A stretch of DNA of 38,260 nucleotides from Gemmatimonadales bacterium (GTDB taxonomy: Bacteria; Gemmatimonadota; Gemmatimonadetes; Gemmatimonadales; GWC2-71-9): contig JBBQQJ010000003.1 in NCBI GenBank assembly GCA_038216165.1, forward strand, positions 1-38,260. Reading direction: 5' to 3'. Position 1 is the stretch's first letter; each line of letters opens with the position of its first letter. The notes under the pieces were generated by a model. It saw nothing but the letters and a program-made list of their open reading frames with translations, ran no database searches and had not been told where the DNA came from. The translations under genes and the position numbers were made by a program. Shown piece after piece: positions 17,756-27,221 of this stretch.

Positions 17756-17796
17756 GGGGGGGTGCCTGATGGCACGGGGTCTGCTATTCTCCCGCC

Positions 17797-18795
17797 GTGA
17801 TCTCTGACCTCGACACAGACCTGCACCGCGATTTCGTCCCCGTGCTCCGGTGGCTCGGCCACCGCCCCAGCATGGGCGATGTGCGCACGTGGTACGAGGC
17901 ACTCTCCGCCGCCACGGCGGCGATCCTGCCCAACGATCTGCTGGCCGGCTGGATCCTCCCGCGGCGGGGCGATCCATTCCTCCTTGGCCCCGAGGAGATC
18001 GCGGCCGACCGCCTGCAGCTCCCGATCGCGGTGCCGCTGATTCGGCAGGAGGCGCTGTTCGCCCTCGAGGACACGATTCAGCGTGCCGGCTTCCGCTCGG
18101 TGATGGCGGTGCCTGTCCCCGGAGGCACATGGGACGCGGGTTTGCTGGTGATCGGGAGTTTCGCCGCCGATCGCTACGACCGCGGCTCCCTGCGCACGCT
18201 GCACCGCCTCGCGGACACGATCGCGCCGACCTGTCGCCGCCTCGCCGAGCGCCCGTGGCTGCCGGCGGTGCCCACCGCGCACGACGTCGGGGGAGATGGC
18301 GGGCGGCTCCTCACCGCACTGCTCGAGGCCGTCAGCGTCCCCGGCCCAATGGCCGACGTGGTCCACCTCACCTCCGACGTGATCAGCATCCAACTGCCGC
18401 ATGACCACGTGGAGGTGATCACGGCGATCCACACCCCCCCCACCTGGTCGCTGCTGACAACCATCACGGGGCACGAGCCGGTGGATCCGGGTGTGGTGGC
18501 GACGCGACGGATCGAGGCGCTGGTACAGCACTTCGGCGACGCCCCGGTGGTCCGGGTGGACGACCTCGAGGAGGTGGGCCTCGCGTGGCCAGCCCCCCCC
18601 GGCCGGGTCCGTCGCGGGGGGGGCACTTCCCTCATCGCCGTCCGGATGGAGGTGGACGGGGTGCTGGCGGGGTGGTACTGCCTCGGCAACGACCGTCCCG
18701 GCTCGTTCCGCCGGGCCGACGAGGCGGTGGCCGGCCTGACGGCCCGGATGCTGGCCCCGCGGGTCGCGACCTGGACCGCGCGGGGCGAGCGGTAG
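17797..18795 (+). CDS. Tandem GAF-like domain protein with no evident output domain
   Basis: AGFRSVMAVPV...GLLVIGS..ADRY and SLIAVRM...GWYCLGNDRPGSF are two GAF-like C-terminal motifs; GTG start with TATTCT 6 nt upstream. Confidence 0.65.
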   Translation: MISDLDTDLHRDFVPVLRWLGHRPSMGDVRTWYEALSAATAAILPNDLLAGWILPRRGDPFLLGPEEIAADRLQLPIAVPLIRQEALFALEDTIQRAGFRSVMAVPVPGGTWDAGLLVIGSFAADRYDRGSLRTLHRLADTIAPTCRRLAERPWLPAVPTAHDVGGDGGRLLTALLEAVSVPGPMADVVHLTSDVISIQLPHDHVEVITAIHTPPTWSLLTTITGHEPVDPGVVATRRIEALVQHFGDAPVVRVDDLEEVGLAWPAPPGRVRRGGGTSLIAVRMEVDGVLAGWYCLGNDRPGSFRRADEAVAGLTARMLAPRVATWTARGER

Positions 18796-18797
18796 CA

Positions 18798-18842
18798 GCG
18801 ATTGGTGAGTAGCGACGGTGGGCAGCGCCAACCACCAATCGC
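18798..18842. terminator. Inverted repeat between convergent genes (possible bidirectional terminator)
   Basis: gcgattggtg...caccaatcgc, 10-bp arms, no U-tract. Confidence 0.35.
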
Positions 18843-18845
18843 CCC

Positions 18846-21047
18846 TCAGAACGTCGTCGACACCCGCACCACCATGTTCCGCCCGGGATCGTCTGCGTAG
18901 AACTTGTAGCGGCTGAGGAACGACCGGTACGTCGTGTCGAACAGGTTCCGTACCTGCAGGTCGAGCCGCACGAGCTGCGCCCCCACCATCACACCGACGC
19001 CGGTCCCGACACGCACGAGGGTGTAGGCCGGGGGGGCGATGTCGTCGGGATCGAGGCGGCCCTGCGTGGCGTGGTGCTCCACGTTGATCGAGAGATGGGG
19101 CAGGACCAGGGCGCGTCCTGACCCGCCCTCCAGCCGGAGGCCTCCCGCGAGGCGCAGCGGCGCGATGAAGGCCAGCGGCTGGTCGGCCGTGGTGTTCTGC
19201 CCGCGGGTGTAGTCTGCCCCCCCCTGCAGGTGGAGCCACTCCGCCGCATGGTACTCCAGCGCGGCCTCCACCCCGGTCAGGCGCGCATCACCCTGGACGA
19301 TGTCATACACCTGGAACCCCGACCCCGGATCGATCACGCCGGTCGGTCGTGGGTAGATGTAGTCCTGCACCAGGTTCGCGAACGCGCCCACCTCGGCCTG
19401 CAGCTTCCGGCTCTGCACGCGCACGGCCACGTCGGTGTTGAACGAGGTTTCATTCCGCAGCGCCGGGTCGCCCACCTCGTAGCGCACCGTCCCCTCGTGC
19501 ACCCCATCGGAGAAGAGCTCGAACGGTGAGGGCGCCCGGAAGCCGCGTCCGATGTTGAGCACCAGCGCCACCGGGTCCGCGACCCGGTAAAGCACGCTGG
19601 CATTGCCGGTCAGCGCGTTCCAGCTGCGCGACCCCGCGACGAGCCCGAGCACATCGTCGTCGGCATTGGCCACGCGACGATGATCGAAACGGGCGCCGAC
19701 GGAGAGCTGCCAGCGCTCGAGGTCATACTGCTCGAAGCCGTAGACGCCGACATTGTCGGTGCTGCTGCTGGGGATGAGTGTCTCCTCGCCAAACTTCGCG
19801 AAATCGGTGCGCATGAACTGCACGCCGACCACGCCCGCCGCGCGGCCGCGCGAGGCATGGTGCAGGTGGACGTTGGCCAGGTAGTTGGTGGAGCGGAGGC
19901 CGAGCGCCACGTCGCCCGCACGCTCGGCGGCCACCTCCTCGAACTCGCGGCGCCGGTTGCGCTCGAAGCCGAGGTCCACCTCGAGCCGCGCACGGCCGAG
20001 GGAGAGGTTGCCGGTGACCGCGGCGCGGTGCGAGGCGATCCGCTGGAGCGGCGTCGCGTCCGGTTCCTCGGCCGGATCCTCGTGGATCTCCACGCGCTCC
20101 TGGCGTTGGGTGTACGTGGCGGTGAGCGAGCCCCAGCCGCCGCGGGTCCCGATCGCCGCCGAGCCGCCGGTGGTGCGCATCCCGGAATTGGCGAGGGCGC
20201 CATCAGGGGTCGAGAGGTCACCGGCGTCGCGACCGGTGAGGGTGCCGCGAAAGCCGATCGCCCCGGTGGCACCCTCGAGCAGCAGCGAGCCCTCGGGCAT
20301 CGTCCCATTGCTGCTGTAGCCACCGCTGAGCGACCCGCGCAGCACACTGCCGCCGCCGCCCGCGTCCGGCAGCTCGCGCTGCACCACGTTGATCACGCCG
20401 CCCAGCGCGTCGGAGCCGTAGAGCACGGAGGCCGGCCCGCGAATGACCTCGATCCGTTCCGCCGTGGCCGTCTCGACATTGGGTGCGTGCTCGTCGCCCC
20501 ACTGTTGGCTCTCGAGGCGCTGGCCGTTGTCGAGCACCAGCACCCGGTTGCCGGTGAGACCACGAATGACCGGCTTCCCGATGCCGGCACCGGTCGAGAA
20601 GTTGCGGACGCCGGGAAGGCCGTCGAGCACCGCGCCGAGGGAGGGGGCCTGCGCCGCCTGCAGGGCGCTGCCCTGCAGCACCGAGAGGGGTTGCGGTGAC
20701 TCCAGGGCACTGGTGGCCAGCGGCGAGGCGGTGACCTGGATCGGCGCCAGCTCCAGCAGGGTCGGGGCCAGGACGACGTCCTGCACCACGTCGGCGCCGC
20801 GGAGGGTCAGTCGACGGACCACCGGGCGATAGCCGATCGCGGCGTAGGAGACACCCCATGTGCCCTCGGGCACCCCCTCGAAGCGATAGCGGCCCTGCTG
20901 GTCGGTGTGGGTGATCCGGTTGGCCTCCTGGATGATGACCTGGGCCCCGACGATCGGGGCCCCGGTGGAATCGCTGACCCGCCCGGCGAGAGATTGCGGG
21001 GCAGAGGATGCGGTGACCAGCGCTGCGGCAAGGGCAAGCACAAGCAT
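18846..21047 (-). CDS. TonB-dependent receptor with N-terminal carboxypeptidase-regulatory-like domain (probable metal uptake)
   Basis: Signal peptide; plug motifs GKPVIRGL and ERIEVIRGPASVLYGSDALGGVINV; RAPSPFELFSDGVH, NLFDTTY and C-terminal F; GGAG upstream of ATG 21047. Confidence 0.92.
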   Translation of the reverse strand: MLVLALAAALVTASSAPQSLAGRVSDSTGAPIVGAQVIIQEANRITHTDQQGRYRFEGVPEGTWGVSYAAIGYRPVVRRLTLRGADVVQDVVLAPTLLELAPIQVTASPLATSALESPQPLSVLQGSALQAAQAPSLGAVLDGLPGVRNFSTGAGIGKPVIRGLTGNRVLVLDNGQRLESQQWGDEHAPNVETATAERIEVIRGPASVLYGSDALGGVINVVQRELPDAGGGGSVLRGSLSGGYSSNGTMPEGSLLLEGATGAIGFRGTLTGRDAGDLSTPDGALANSGMRTTGGSAAIGTRGGWGSLTATYTQRQERVEIHEDPAEEPDATPLQRIASHRAAVTGNLSLGRARLEVDLGFERNRRREFEEVAAERAGDVALGLRSTNYLANVHLHHASRGRAAGVVGVQFMRTDFAKFGEETLIPSSSTDNVGVYGFEQYDLERWQLSVGARFDHRRVANADDDVLGLVAGSRSWNALTGNASVLYRVADPVALVLNIGRGFRAPSPFELFSDGVHEGTVRYEVGDPALRNETSFNTDVAVRVQSRKLQAEVGAFANLVQDYIYPRPTGVIDPGSGFQVYDIVQGDARLTGVEAALEYHAAEWLHLQGGADYTRGQNTTADQPLAFIAPLRLAGGLRLEGGSGRALVLPHLSINVEHHATQGRLDPDDIAPPAYTLVRVGTGVGVMVGAQLVRLDLQVRNLFDTTYRSFLSRYKFYADDPGRNMVVRVSTTF

Positions 21048-21163
21048 GGTGAGACACTCCATCATGGTCCAATGACGCGGCCCGTCCCTGGTGGGATCGC
21101 GGGCCGCCACGAGCGGAGCGACGCGCCGCAGGCGCACCGTCCGGAAGACTGCCAGTCAGTGGG

Positions 21164-21490
21164 TCAGGCGGAGTGGGGCGGCGCGCGGGGCGCGGTGGCC
21201 GGGTCGCAGCGACGGGCCGGGGTGTGCGACTGTGCGGGGGGGGGATCGTTCGCGGCCCGGAGGATCGGGACCGCGGCGGGCGCCACGGCCGGCACGGTGA
21301 GGAGCGCGGGGATGGCGTGCGCCCCGAGGACGCACCGCTCGCCGTGACAGTCGGAATCCGCCGCCTCGATGTGCGGCACCTGCGCCGCCGCCTCGCGGTG
21401 GAAGAGGAGCCCGTCGAGGATCGGTGTCCCCACGGGGCCGCCGAGAAAGAGCAGCAGCCCCAGCACGGCGCGCAGACGACGGGGGATCAT
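21164..21490 (-). CDS. DUF2946/CruR-like leader protein with C-terminal RAPP arrest motif
   Basis: N-terminal hydrophobic helix, H..HIE..DCHGERC, Pro/Ala linker and PRAPPHSA*; directly upstream of the TonB-dependent receptor; ATG overlaps the kinase TGA. Confidence 0.75.
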   Translation of the reverse strand: MIPRRLRAVLGLLLFLGGPVGTPILDGLLFHREAAAQVPHIEAADSDCHGERCVLGAHAIPALLTVPAVAPAAVPILRAANDPPPAQSHTPARRCDPATAPRAPPHSA

Positions 21491-22986
21491 GCGGCGGCTG
21501 TCTCGCGGCGCTGCGGTGGACCGTCCACCGGGATCATGAACCAGAAGGTGCTGCCCTTGCCGTGGATCGACTCCACGCCGATCTGTCCGCCGTGCATCTC
21601 CACGAAGCGCTTGGAGAGCGCCAACCCAAGGCCGGTGCCCTGTGCCGCGCGCGAGGCCGAGGCATCGACCTGCGAGAACTCCCGGAAGAGCTTCGGCATG
21701 TCCTCCGTCTTGATGCCGACGCCGGTGTCGGAGACCGAGACCCAGACCACGTCGCGGGTGCCGAGGCGCATGCCCCCCCCCCCCTGCCAGTCGGATGGGG
21801 TCAGCGGCATCGGGGCCACCGTGCGCACCGCCGAGATGGTGATCCGCCCGGCTTCACCCGTGAACTTGGAGGCATTGGCGAGGAGGTTGAAAAGGATCTG
21901 CCGGATGCGGGTCCCGTCGGCCAGCACCTCCAGCGGGTTCCCCTCGGGCAGGTCAATGATGCACTCCTGGTCCTTGGCCGTGCGCAGCGACGCGGTGTCC
22001 GTCACCGCGGCCGAGACGGCCTCGCGCACCTCGAAGGCGGCGAGGCTCAGCGTCATCCGCCCGGCCTCGATCTTGGAGAGGTCGAGCACGGAGTTGATCA
22101 GCCCGAGCAGGTGCCGCCCATTGCGCAGGATCGCCTCGAGGAACTCCTTCTGCTGCTCCTCGAGCGGGCCGAGGCCCTCGCTCATCAGCAGGTCGGAGAA
22201 GCCGATGATCGCGTTGAGCGGGGTGCGCAGCTCATGCGACATGTTGGCGAGGAACTCGCTCTTGAGCTGCGTGGCCCGCTGCAGTTCCTTGTTCTTGGTG
22301 GCCAGCATCCGCTCGTTGCGGCGCAGCTCCTCGAGCACCGTGGTGCGGTCGAGGCCGAGGACCACCTGGTCCCCGAGCGCCTGGAGGAGTTGGCTGTCGT
22401 GCTCCGTGAACGGCCGCCCGTCGAGCGGGTTGTACGCGCACACCGCGCCCACCACGAGCCCCGCCGAGCGAAGCGGCACCATCGCGGCACTCTGAAGCCG
22501 CCCCGTCATCAGCTCGTGCTGGTGGTTCCGCGTGTCCTGTTCCATGTCGGGTACCAGGACCGCCTCGTCATGCACAATGACATGGCCGACGAGGGAGTGG
22601 TCGATCGGCACGAGCGAGCCGACCGCCGGGATCAACGGACCGGAGCCCGCCACGACCTTGGCGAAACGACCCTCCTCCACCACCAGCATGATCGCGCCGC
22701 CCTCGGCCTCGAGCAGGTCCGCGGCCGCCTGGGCCACCTGGCGGTTGAGCGCCGACAGGTCGGTGCCGGCCAGCAGGTTGGCGGCCAGTTCGCGAAGCCG
22801 TTCGAGCTCGCGATTGCGTCGCGACGCGGCCGCGAGGGCGCGCGAGAGCGATTCCTTCTGGCGGATTGCCGACAGCCGGCCGCGCCGCAGCGCGAACAAT
22901 GAGAGGGCGCTGGCGAGGGCCGCGGTGGCAAGCCCCGCGTCGTAGCGGTCGGAGGCGAGGAGGGCCACCGCCGTCCAGCCAGCCAC
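21487..22986 (-). CDS. Membrane sensor histidine kinase (TM-GAF-HisKA-HATPase); true start may be CTG at 23106
   Basis: [20 protein letters not shown] (H box), [14 protein letters not shown] (N box), DTGVGI and GTGLGL (G boxes). Confidence 0.92.
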   Translation of the reverse strand: MAGWTAVALLASDRYDAGLATAALASALSLFALRRGRLSAIRQKESLSRALAAASRRNRELERLRELAANLLAGTDLSALNRQVAQAAADLLEAEGGAIMLVVEEGRFAKVVAGSGPLIPAVGSLVPIDHSLVGHVIVHDEAVLVPDMEQDTRNHQHELMTGRLQSAAMVPLRSAGLVVGAVCAYNPLDGRPFTEHDSQLLQALGDQVVLGLDRTTVLEELRRNERMLATKNKELQRATQLKSEFLANMSHELRTPLNAIIGFSDLLMSEGLGPLEEQQKEFLEAILRNGRHLLGLINSVLDLSKIEAGRMTLSLAAFEVREAVSAAVTDTASLRTAKDQECIIDLPEGNPLEVLADGTRIRQILFNLLANASKFTGEAGRITISAVRTVAPMPLTPSDWQGGGGMRLGTRDVVWVSVSDTGVGIKTEDMPKLFREFSQVDASASRAAQGTGLGLALSKRFVEMHGGQIGVESIHGKGSTFWFMIPVDGPPQRRETAAA

Positions 22987-23102
22987 CAGACAATAAAAGA
23001 CGAGCGGACCGGTCCCCGTGAAGGAGGCGAACCACGGACGTGCATCACGAGCCGCGGGGGATGGCGCGGATGTTGGGCTCGGCGATCGGTCCGCAATGCT
23101 CG

Positions 23103-23336
23103 TCAGGGCTCCTCCTCTTCGCCGTCGTCACTGAGAATGGTGCGGAAGACCGTGGTGCCCTCGGCCAGCATGCGCCGCAGGTAGGGTCGGCACATCCCGC
23201 ATTGGTCGCCGCAGCCGGTCTCGGCCATCAGCGTGCGCAGGTCCCACCCTTCGGCACGGGCCACGGGCAACAGGCGCTCGAACGGCACCCGCAGGCAGAC
23301 ACATCGGTCAATCCGGACATCCGCGGTCCACGTCAC
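23103..23336 (-). CDS. BFD-like [2Fe-2S]-binding protein
   Basis: RCVC...TGCGDQCGMCRPYL; start placed at GTG 23336 (uncertain). Confidence 0.78.
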   Translation of the reverse strand: MTWTADVRIDRCVCLRVPFERLLPVARAEGWDLRTLMAETGCGDQCGMCRPYLRRMLAEGTTVFRTILSDDGEEEEP

Positions 23337-23409
23337 CGGGAGCCGCAGTCGGGCGACACTGTCCAAAGGTAGTGCGATTGTGGCACGGGACGAGAGGGGG
23401 TCTGGGTCA

Positions 23410-24165
23410 TCAGACCTTGTGGAACCCCACGCGACCCGCCTTGGCGCCATCCTCGGCGTCGTAGACCTCGAAGTCCCCGAACAGGGCCGGCGCCTCGCTA
23501 CGCAACAGTTCCAGCGCCGCGATCGCCAACCGCCGGATCTCGCGCTCGGCCCCCTCGCCCAGCCGCAGTTCCAGCATGGTGCGCCACGCGCGCGCATTGC
23601 CGCTCACGACGATCTTGGTCTCGGTGGCGTTCGGCAGCACGGACCGCGCCGCTTCGCGCGCCATCTTGCGGCGATGGATCTTGTCCTCCACCCAAGCATA
23701 CTGGGCCATCAGCCCCCCGACCGCCTCCACATAGGCCTCGTGAGCCGAGGCCATCTGCTGCTCCCAGGCCTCCTCCAGCGCGCGATTACCCTGCACCGCC
23801 GGCGGCATCACGAACGCCGCCCGTGATTCGTCCACATACCGCTGGGAGAGCTGGGAATAGCCGAAGCCCGCGCGATGCCGGACCAACTCGTGCGTGAGCG
23901 ACCGGGAGACCCCCTCGAAGAGCAGCACATAGGTGGCATGCTCGAAGACCGACCCGTGCCCCTGTTTGAGGATGTTGCCCAGATACTCGGCGGTAGTCCG
24001 GCCCGCGGGGTTGTGCTGGCTCATGTAGCAGAGCCGACCGGCGAATTCCGCCAGTCGCTCGCCGTCGGACGCCGGCCCCTGCCACTGCACCGAGAGGTGC
24101 TCGGGTTCGATGAATTGCGGCCTCGCGAGCAGCGTAACGACGGGAGCGCGATAAATGGTCAGCAT
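23410..24165 (-). CDS. thyX: FAD-dependent thymidylate synthase
   Basis: AGRLCYMS, GHGSVFEH, THELVRHRAGFGYSQLSQRY, AREAARSVLPNATET and AEREIR motifs. Confidence 0.95.
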   Translation of the reverse strand: MLTIYRAPVVTLLARPQFIEPEHLSVQWQGPASDGERLAEFAGRLCYMSQHNPAGRTTAEYLGNILKQGHGSVFEHATYVLLFEGVSRSLTHELVRHRAGFGYSQLSQRYVDESRAAFVMPPAVQGNRALEEAWEQQMASAHEAYVEAVGGLMAQYAWVEDKIHRRKMAREAARSVLPNATETKIVVSGNARAWRTMLELRLGEGAEREIRRLAIAALELLRSEAPALFGDFEVYDAEDGAKAGRVGFHKV

Positions 24166-24241
24166 GGCGATCGGAGGTGTGGGAATGGGGGAACGGAGCT
24201 GGCTCCAGCCAAAGTATAGTCAGGTCAGGCGTGGCGGTTCC

Positions 24242-25834
24242 CTATCCCTGGCTGACGAGGGCGGTGCGCGGGTCGCCCCAGCGGGCCTCCGCCTCCACGC
24301 GCTGCAGCGCCTCGCTCACCCCCGGAGGCAACGGCGCCGCGTCGGCGCCGACCTTCAGGCGTTCGAACGGATCCGCCCGGTCCGGCAGGATCACCCCCGG
24401 GTTCCATCGGCCATCGGGATCAAATGCGGCATGGACGGCCCGCATGCAGGCCACCGCGTCGGAGCCGAGGAAATGCGCCACCAGCCCGGCCCGCAGTCGG
24501 CCGGCGCCGTGCTCGCCCGCCGGCGTGCCGCCGAGGGCCATCAGCGCATCGCTCACCTCGGCATAAATGGCGCGGACCCGGTCGAGCCATTCGGGCCGCG
24601 TGACATCGGGGAGGAGGTTGACATGCACGTGCCGGTCGCCGGCGTGCCCAAACATCACGAGATCCACGCCGTGCCTCGCCCCCGCGTTGGCGACCGCCTC
24701 GAGATAGGCCCCCAGCCGACCGGGGGGCACGCAGCCGTCCTCGATGACCTGCAACGAGCGACGCCCGTCCGTCAGGGCCGCCAGGCGCGGCGAGGCGCCG
24801 TGGCGCACGCTCCAGAGCGCATGGCACGCCGCGGCATCGGCGCCCTGCTCCACCACCACCACTGCGGGCCCCAGCGCCCGCATCGCCGCAGCGGCGGCGG
24901 CGAGCCGGGTGGACAGGCGATCGGGGTCATCATCCTCCAGGTCCACCAGCAGGACGGCCCCGGCCTGCTCCGCAGGATCCACCACCTGCAGGAAGGTCCG
25001 GTCCAGGAACTCGAGGCGGACCGGGTCGAGCGGCTGCAACACCGCGACCGCAGTTTCCACCGCGGCGCGGTCGGTGAGTGTGATGCGGAGGGTACCTTGG
25101 TGCTCCACCAACGGCGCAAGCCGTACCGTGACGTCGGTGATCACGCCGAGCGTCCCCTCCGCCCCGATCACGAGGTCGAGGAGGTCCCCCGAGGTGTACC
25201 ACGCATCCAGCGCATAGCCGAGGGTGTTCTTGCGCGTGGCGGGCCAGCGGGCCAGCACCGCCGCGCGGTGGGCCGCCAGCAGCGGGGCCGCGCCGGCGTG
25301 AAAGCGACGGACCACCGGATGGGCCGCATCGGGGGCCACCCCGCGGGCCAGCGTGAGTGGTCCCTCGCCGTTGTCCAGCACCAGCGCCTCCACCCAGCGC
25401 CGCATCGGACCATCCCGCACGGTACGCGCGCCAGCGGCGTTGGTGCCCACCAGACCTCCCAAGGTGGCCCACCGGGCACTCGAGGGATCGAGCGGGCAGT
25501 GCAGTCCCCACGGCCGGGCGGCGGCCTGGAGCTGGGCCAACGGCAGGCCCGGCGACGCCGTGGCGCGGCGGCGGCCGGCATCGAGCTGGCAGCGGCCGGC
25601 CTCGAAGGCGCTCAGGTCGATCACGAGCCCCTCACCGACATTGCCCCCACCCATCGCGCTCCCGGCCCCGCGGATCGTGATGGCGAGCCCTGCGGTGCGC
25701 GCGGCGGCAAGCATGGCGTGGAGCGCAGCGCGGTCGTGCGGGCGCCCCACGGCGGCCGGGATGATCCGATAGATCCCGCCCCCTTGGGCATAGCGCGCCC
25801 GCGTGGCCAGGTCGGTCTGGAGGATGTCGGACAT
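24242..25834 (-). CDS. FAD-binding oxidoreductase (GlcD/D-lactate dehydrogenase-like)
   Basis: RGAGSAMGG, DPSS..ATLGGLVGTNAAG, GAEGTLGVIT, FGHAGD.HVH, GEHG and FDPDGRWNPG motifs. Confidence 0.88.
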   Translation of the reverse strand: MSDILQTDLATRARYAQGGGIYRIIPAAVGRPHDRAALHAMLAAARTAGLAITIRGAGSAMGGGNVGEGLVIDLSAFEAGRCQLDAGRRRATASPGLPLAQLQAAARPWGLHCPLDPSSARWATLGGLVGTNAAGARTVRDGPMRRWVEALVLDNGEGPLTLARGVAPDAAHPVVRRFHAGAAPLLAAHRAAVLARWPATRKNTLGYALDAWYTSGDLLDLVIGAEGTLGVITDVTVRLAPLVEHQGTLRITLTDRAAVETAVAVLQPLDPVRLEFLDRTFLQVVDPAEQAGAVLLVDLEDDDPDRLSTRLAAAAAAMRALGPAVVVVEQGADAAACHALWSVRHGASPRLAALTDGRRSLQVIEDGCVPPGRLGAYLEAVANAGARHGVDLVMFGHAGDRHVHVNLLPDVTRPEWLDRVRAIYAEVSDALMALGGTPAGEHGAGRLRAGLVAHFLGSDAVACMRAVHAAFDPDGRWNPGVILPDRADPFERLKVGADAAPLPPGVSEALQRVEAEARWGDPRTALVSQG

Positions 25835-25910
25835 GATTCAATACTACCGCAGCGGACCAATCTGGTGCCGCCCCTTGACTCCCACCGGATCAGTCGAAGA
25901 TTTGGACCCA

Positions 25911-26702
25911 ATGACGCCACCCCGGGCAGAACTGATCCACATCGACGTCGATCGTCGACTCGGCCACGAGTGGGATGAGTGGAATGGCACCCCGTTGCCC
26001 AACGGCGGCAACTACGATGCGCCGCCCTCGCTGTTCTTCTGGTGGGCAATGACGTCGCTGGTCGTCTTCCTCGGGTTCGTGGCGCTGGGGCTCTTTCTCC
26101 TCGACCCGCGGCTGGAGGAACTCCACCCGCTGCTGCCGGAGGTCGTCTGGACCACGTTCGCAGTGGCCACGGGCGCGGCCGTCCTGTGGTGGGCGGCGCT
26201 CGGCCTCTCGTACCTCACCCGGCGCGCCTTCCTGCCGAGCGGCCTCGGCGAGCGCGGCCTCTTCCTGCGGGTGATGCGGCTCACGTCGCGCGTGGCGAGC
26301 TGGTTCGGCCGGCGCGACTGGGTCGAGAACGCGTCGGTGAAGGTCTACAACGCGTTGGCGCTCCTGCGGACACGCAAAGTCGGCACCGGCGAACTGCTCC
26401 TCCTGATCCCGCGCTGCCTCTCGCGCGCCACCCTCGACACCGTCCTCGGCCTCGCCGGCAAGTACGGGATCCCGGTGTTTGTGGCCACGCGCGGGCAGCT
26501 CGCCCGGCGTGTGATCCGCGAACGCCGGCCGCGTGCCGTGGTGGCGGTGGCCTGCGAGCGGGACATGGTGACGGGGCTGCACGATGTGGCCGGCAAGGTG
26601 CCGGTGCTGGGACTGACCATGACGCTGCCCGCTGGGCCGTGCAAGGACGCCGCGCTCGATTTCGAGCTGCTCGAACGCTACATGCGGGCGTTCGTGGGGT
26701 GA
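25911..26702 (+). CDS. DUF116-domain membrane protein
   Basis: Two TM helices followed by LLLIPRCL, VVAVACERDM and GPC.D; TTGACT...AAGATT promoter-like signals upstream of ATG 25911. Confidence 0.75.
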   Translation: MTPPRAELIHIDVDRRLGHEWDEWNGTPLPNGGNYDAPPSLFFWWAMTSLVVFLGFVALGLFLLDPRLEELHPLLPEVVWTTFAVATGAAVLWWAALGLSYLTRRAFLPSGLGERGLFLRVMRLTSRVASWFGRRDWVENASVKVYNALALLRTRKVGTGELLLLIPRCLSRATLDTVLGLAGKYGIPVFVATRGQLARRVIRERRPRAVVAVACERDMVTGLHDVAGKVPVLGLTMTLPAGPCKDAALDFELLERYMRAFVG

Positions 26703-26706
26703 AGGT

Positions 26707-26739
26707 GGGGGGGGACGGACGACCTGCTCTCCCCCCCCC
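26707..26739. terminator. G-run/C-run hairpin between convergent genes
   Basis: gggggggga...tccccccccc fills the short gap between two stop codons. Confidence 0.4.
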
Positions 26740-27221
26740 TACTGCGCCGGTTCCGGTGCCGGGACCGGCTCGCCGTATTCCTGCTTCAATCGTTCCACCA
26801 CCGCCCGCACCCGGTTCGCCACCGGATGGGCACCGGGCACGTGCCGTTCGAGGGCACGACCCGGGCGCGAGGGATCGGCGAAGGGGCGGTAGACCGTCTC
26901 GACCGTGATCACGGCGTGGTTGGGGCGACCGGGTTCGACGAAGGCGCGCACCTTCACGACATCAGCGCCGAGGACACGTGCGCCCGTGGGCTGCAGGGTG
27001 GCAGCATCAAACCACGGCGTCTCGAGCCAGCCATCATTGGCCTCGGTGCGGCTGACCGGGATCGAGTCGGTGTCGAGGGCCAGTGCCAGGGCGCGCGTGG
27101 CGGCGGGCACGAACAGCTCCAGCTCGGCCGTGATCGCCTCGGGGACCGGCGTGAGCCCGGGCCGCGTGGTGGTGGGATAGCAGGCCATCACGAGCAGCCC
27201 CACCCATGCCGCACGCCTCAC
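26739..27221 (-). CDS. Hypothetical lipoprotein
   Basis: MRRAAWVGLLVMAC lipobox-like N-terminus; GTGA coupling to the upstream gene. Confidence 0.75.
   Translation of the reverse strand: MRRAAWVGLLVMACYPTTTRPGLTPVPEAITAELELFVPAATRALALALDTDSIPVSRTEANDGWLETPWFDAATLQPTGARVLGADVVKVRAFVEPGRPNHAVITVETVYRPFADPSRPGRALERHVPGAHPVANRVRAVVERLKQEYGEPVPAPEPAQ

Noticed and set aside
17737-17779. Possible G-quadruplex in the cop promoter
   Set aside because: The G-runs are largely explained by the CsoR operator, and G-runs are frequent throughout the window.
23386-23400. gggacgag match to the end of the repeat arm downstream of thyX
   Set aside because: Only 8 bp, with no hairpin or partner arm; expected by chance.
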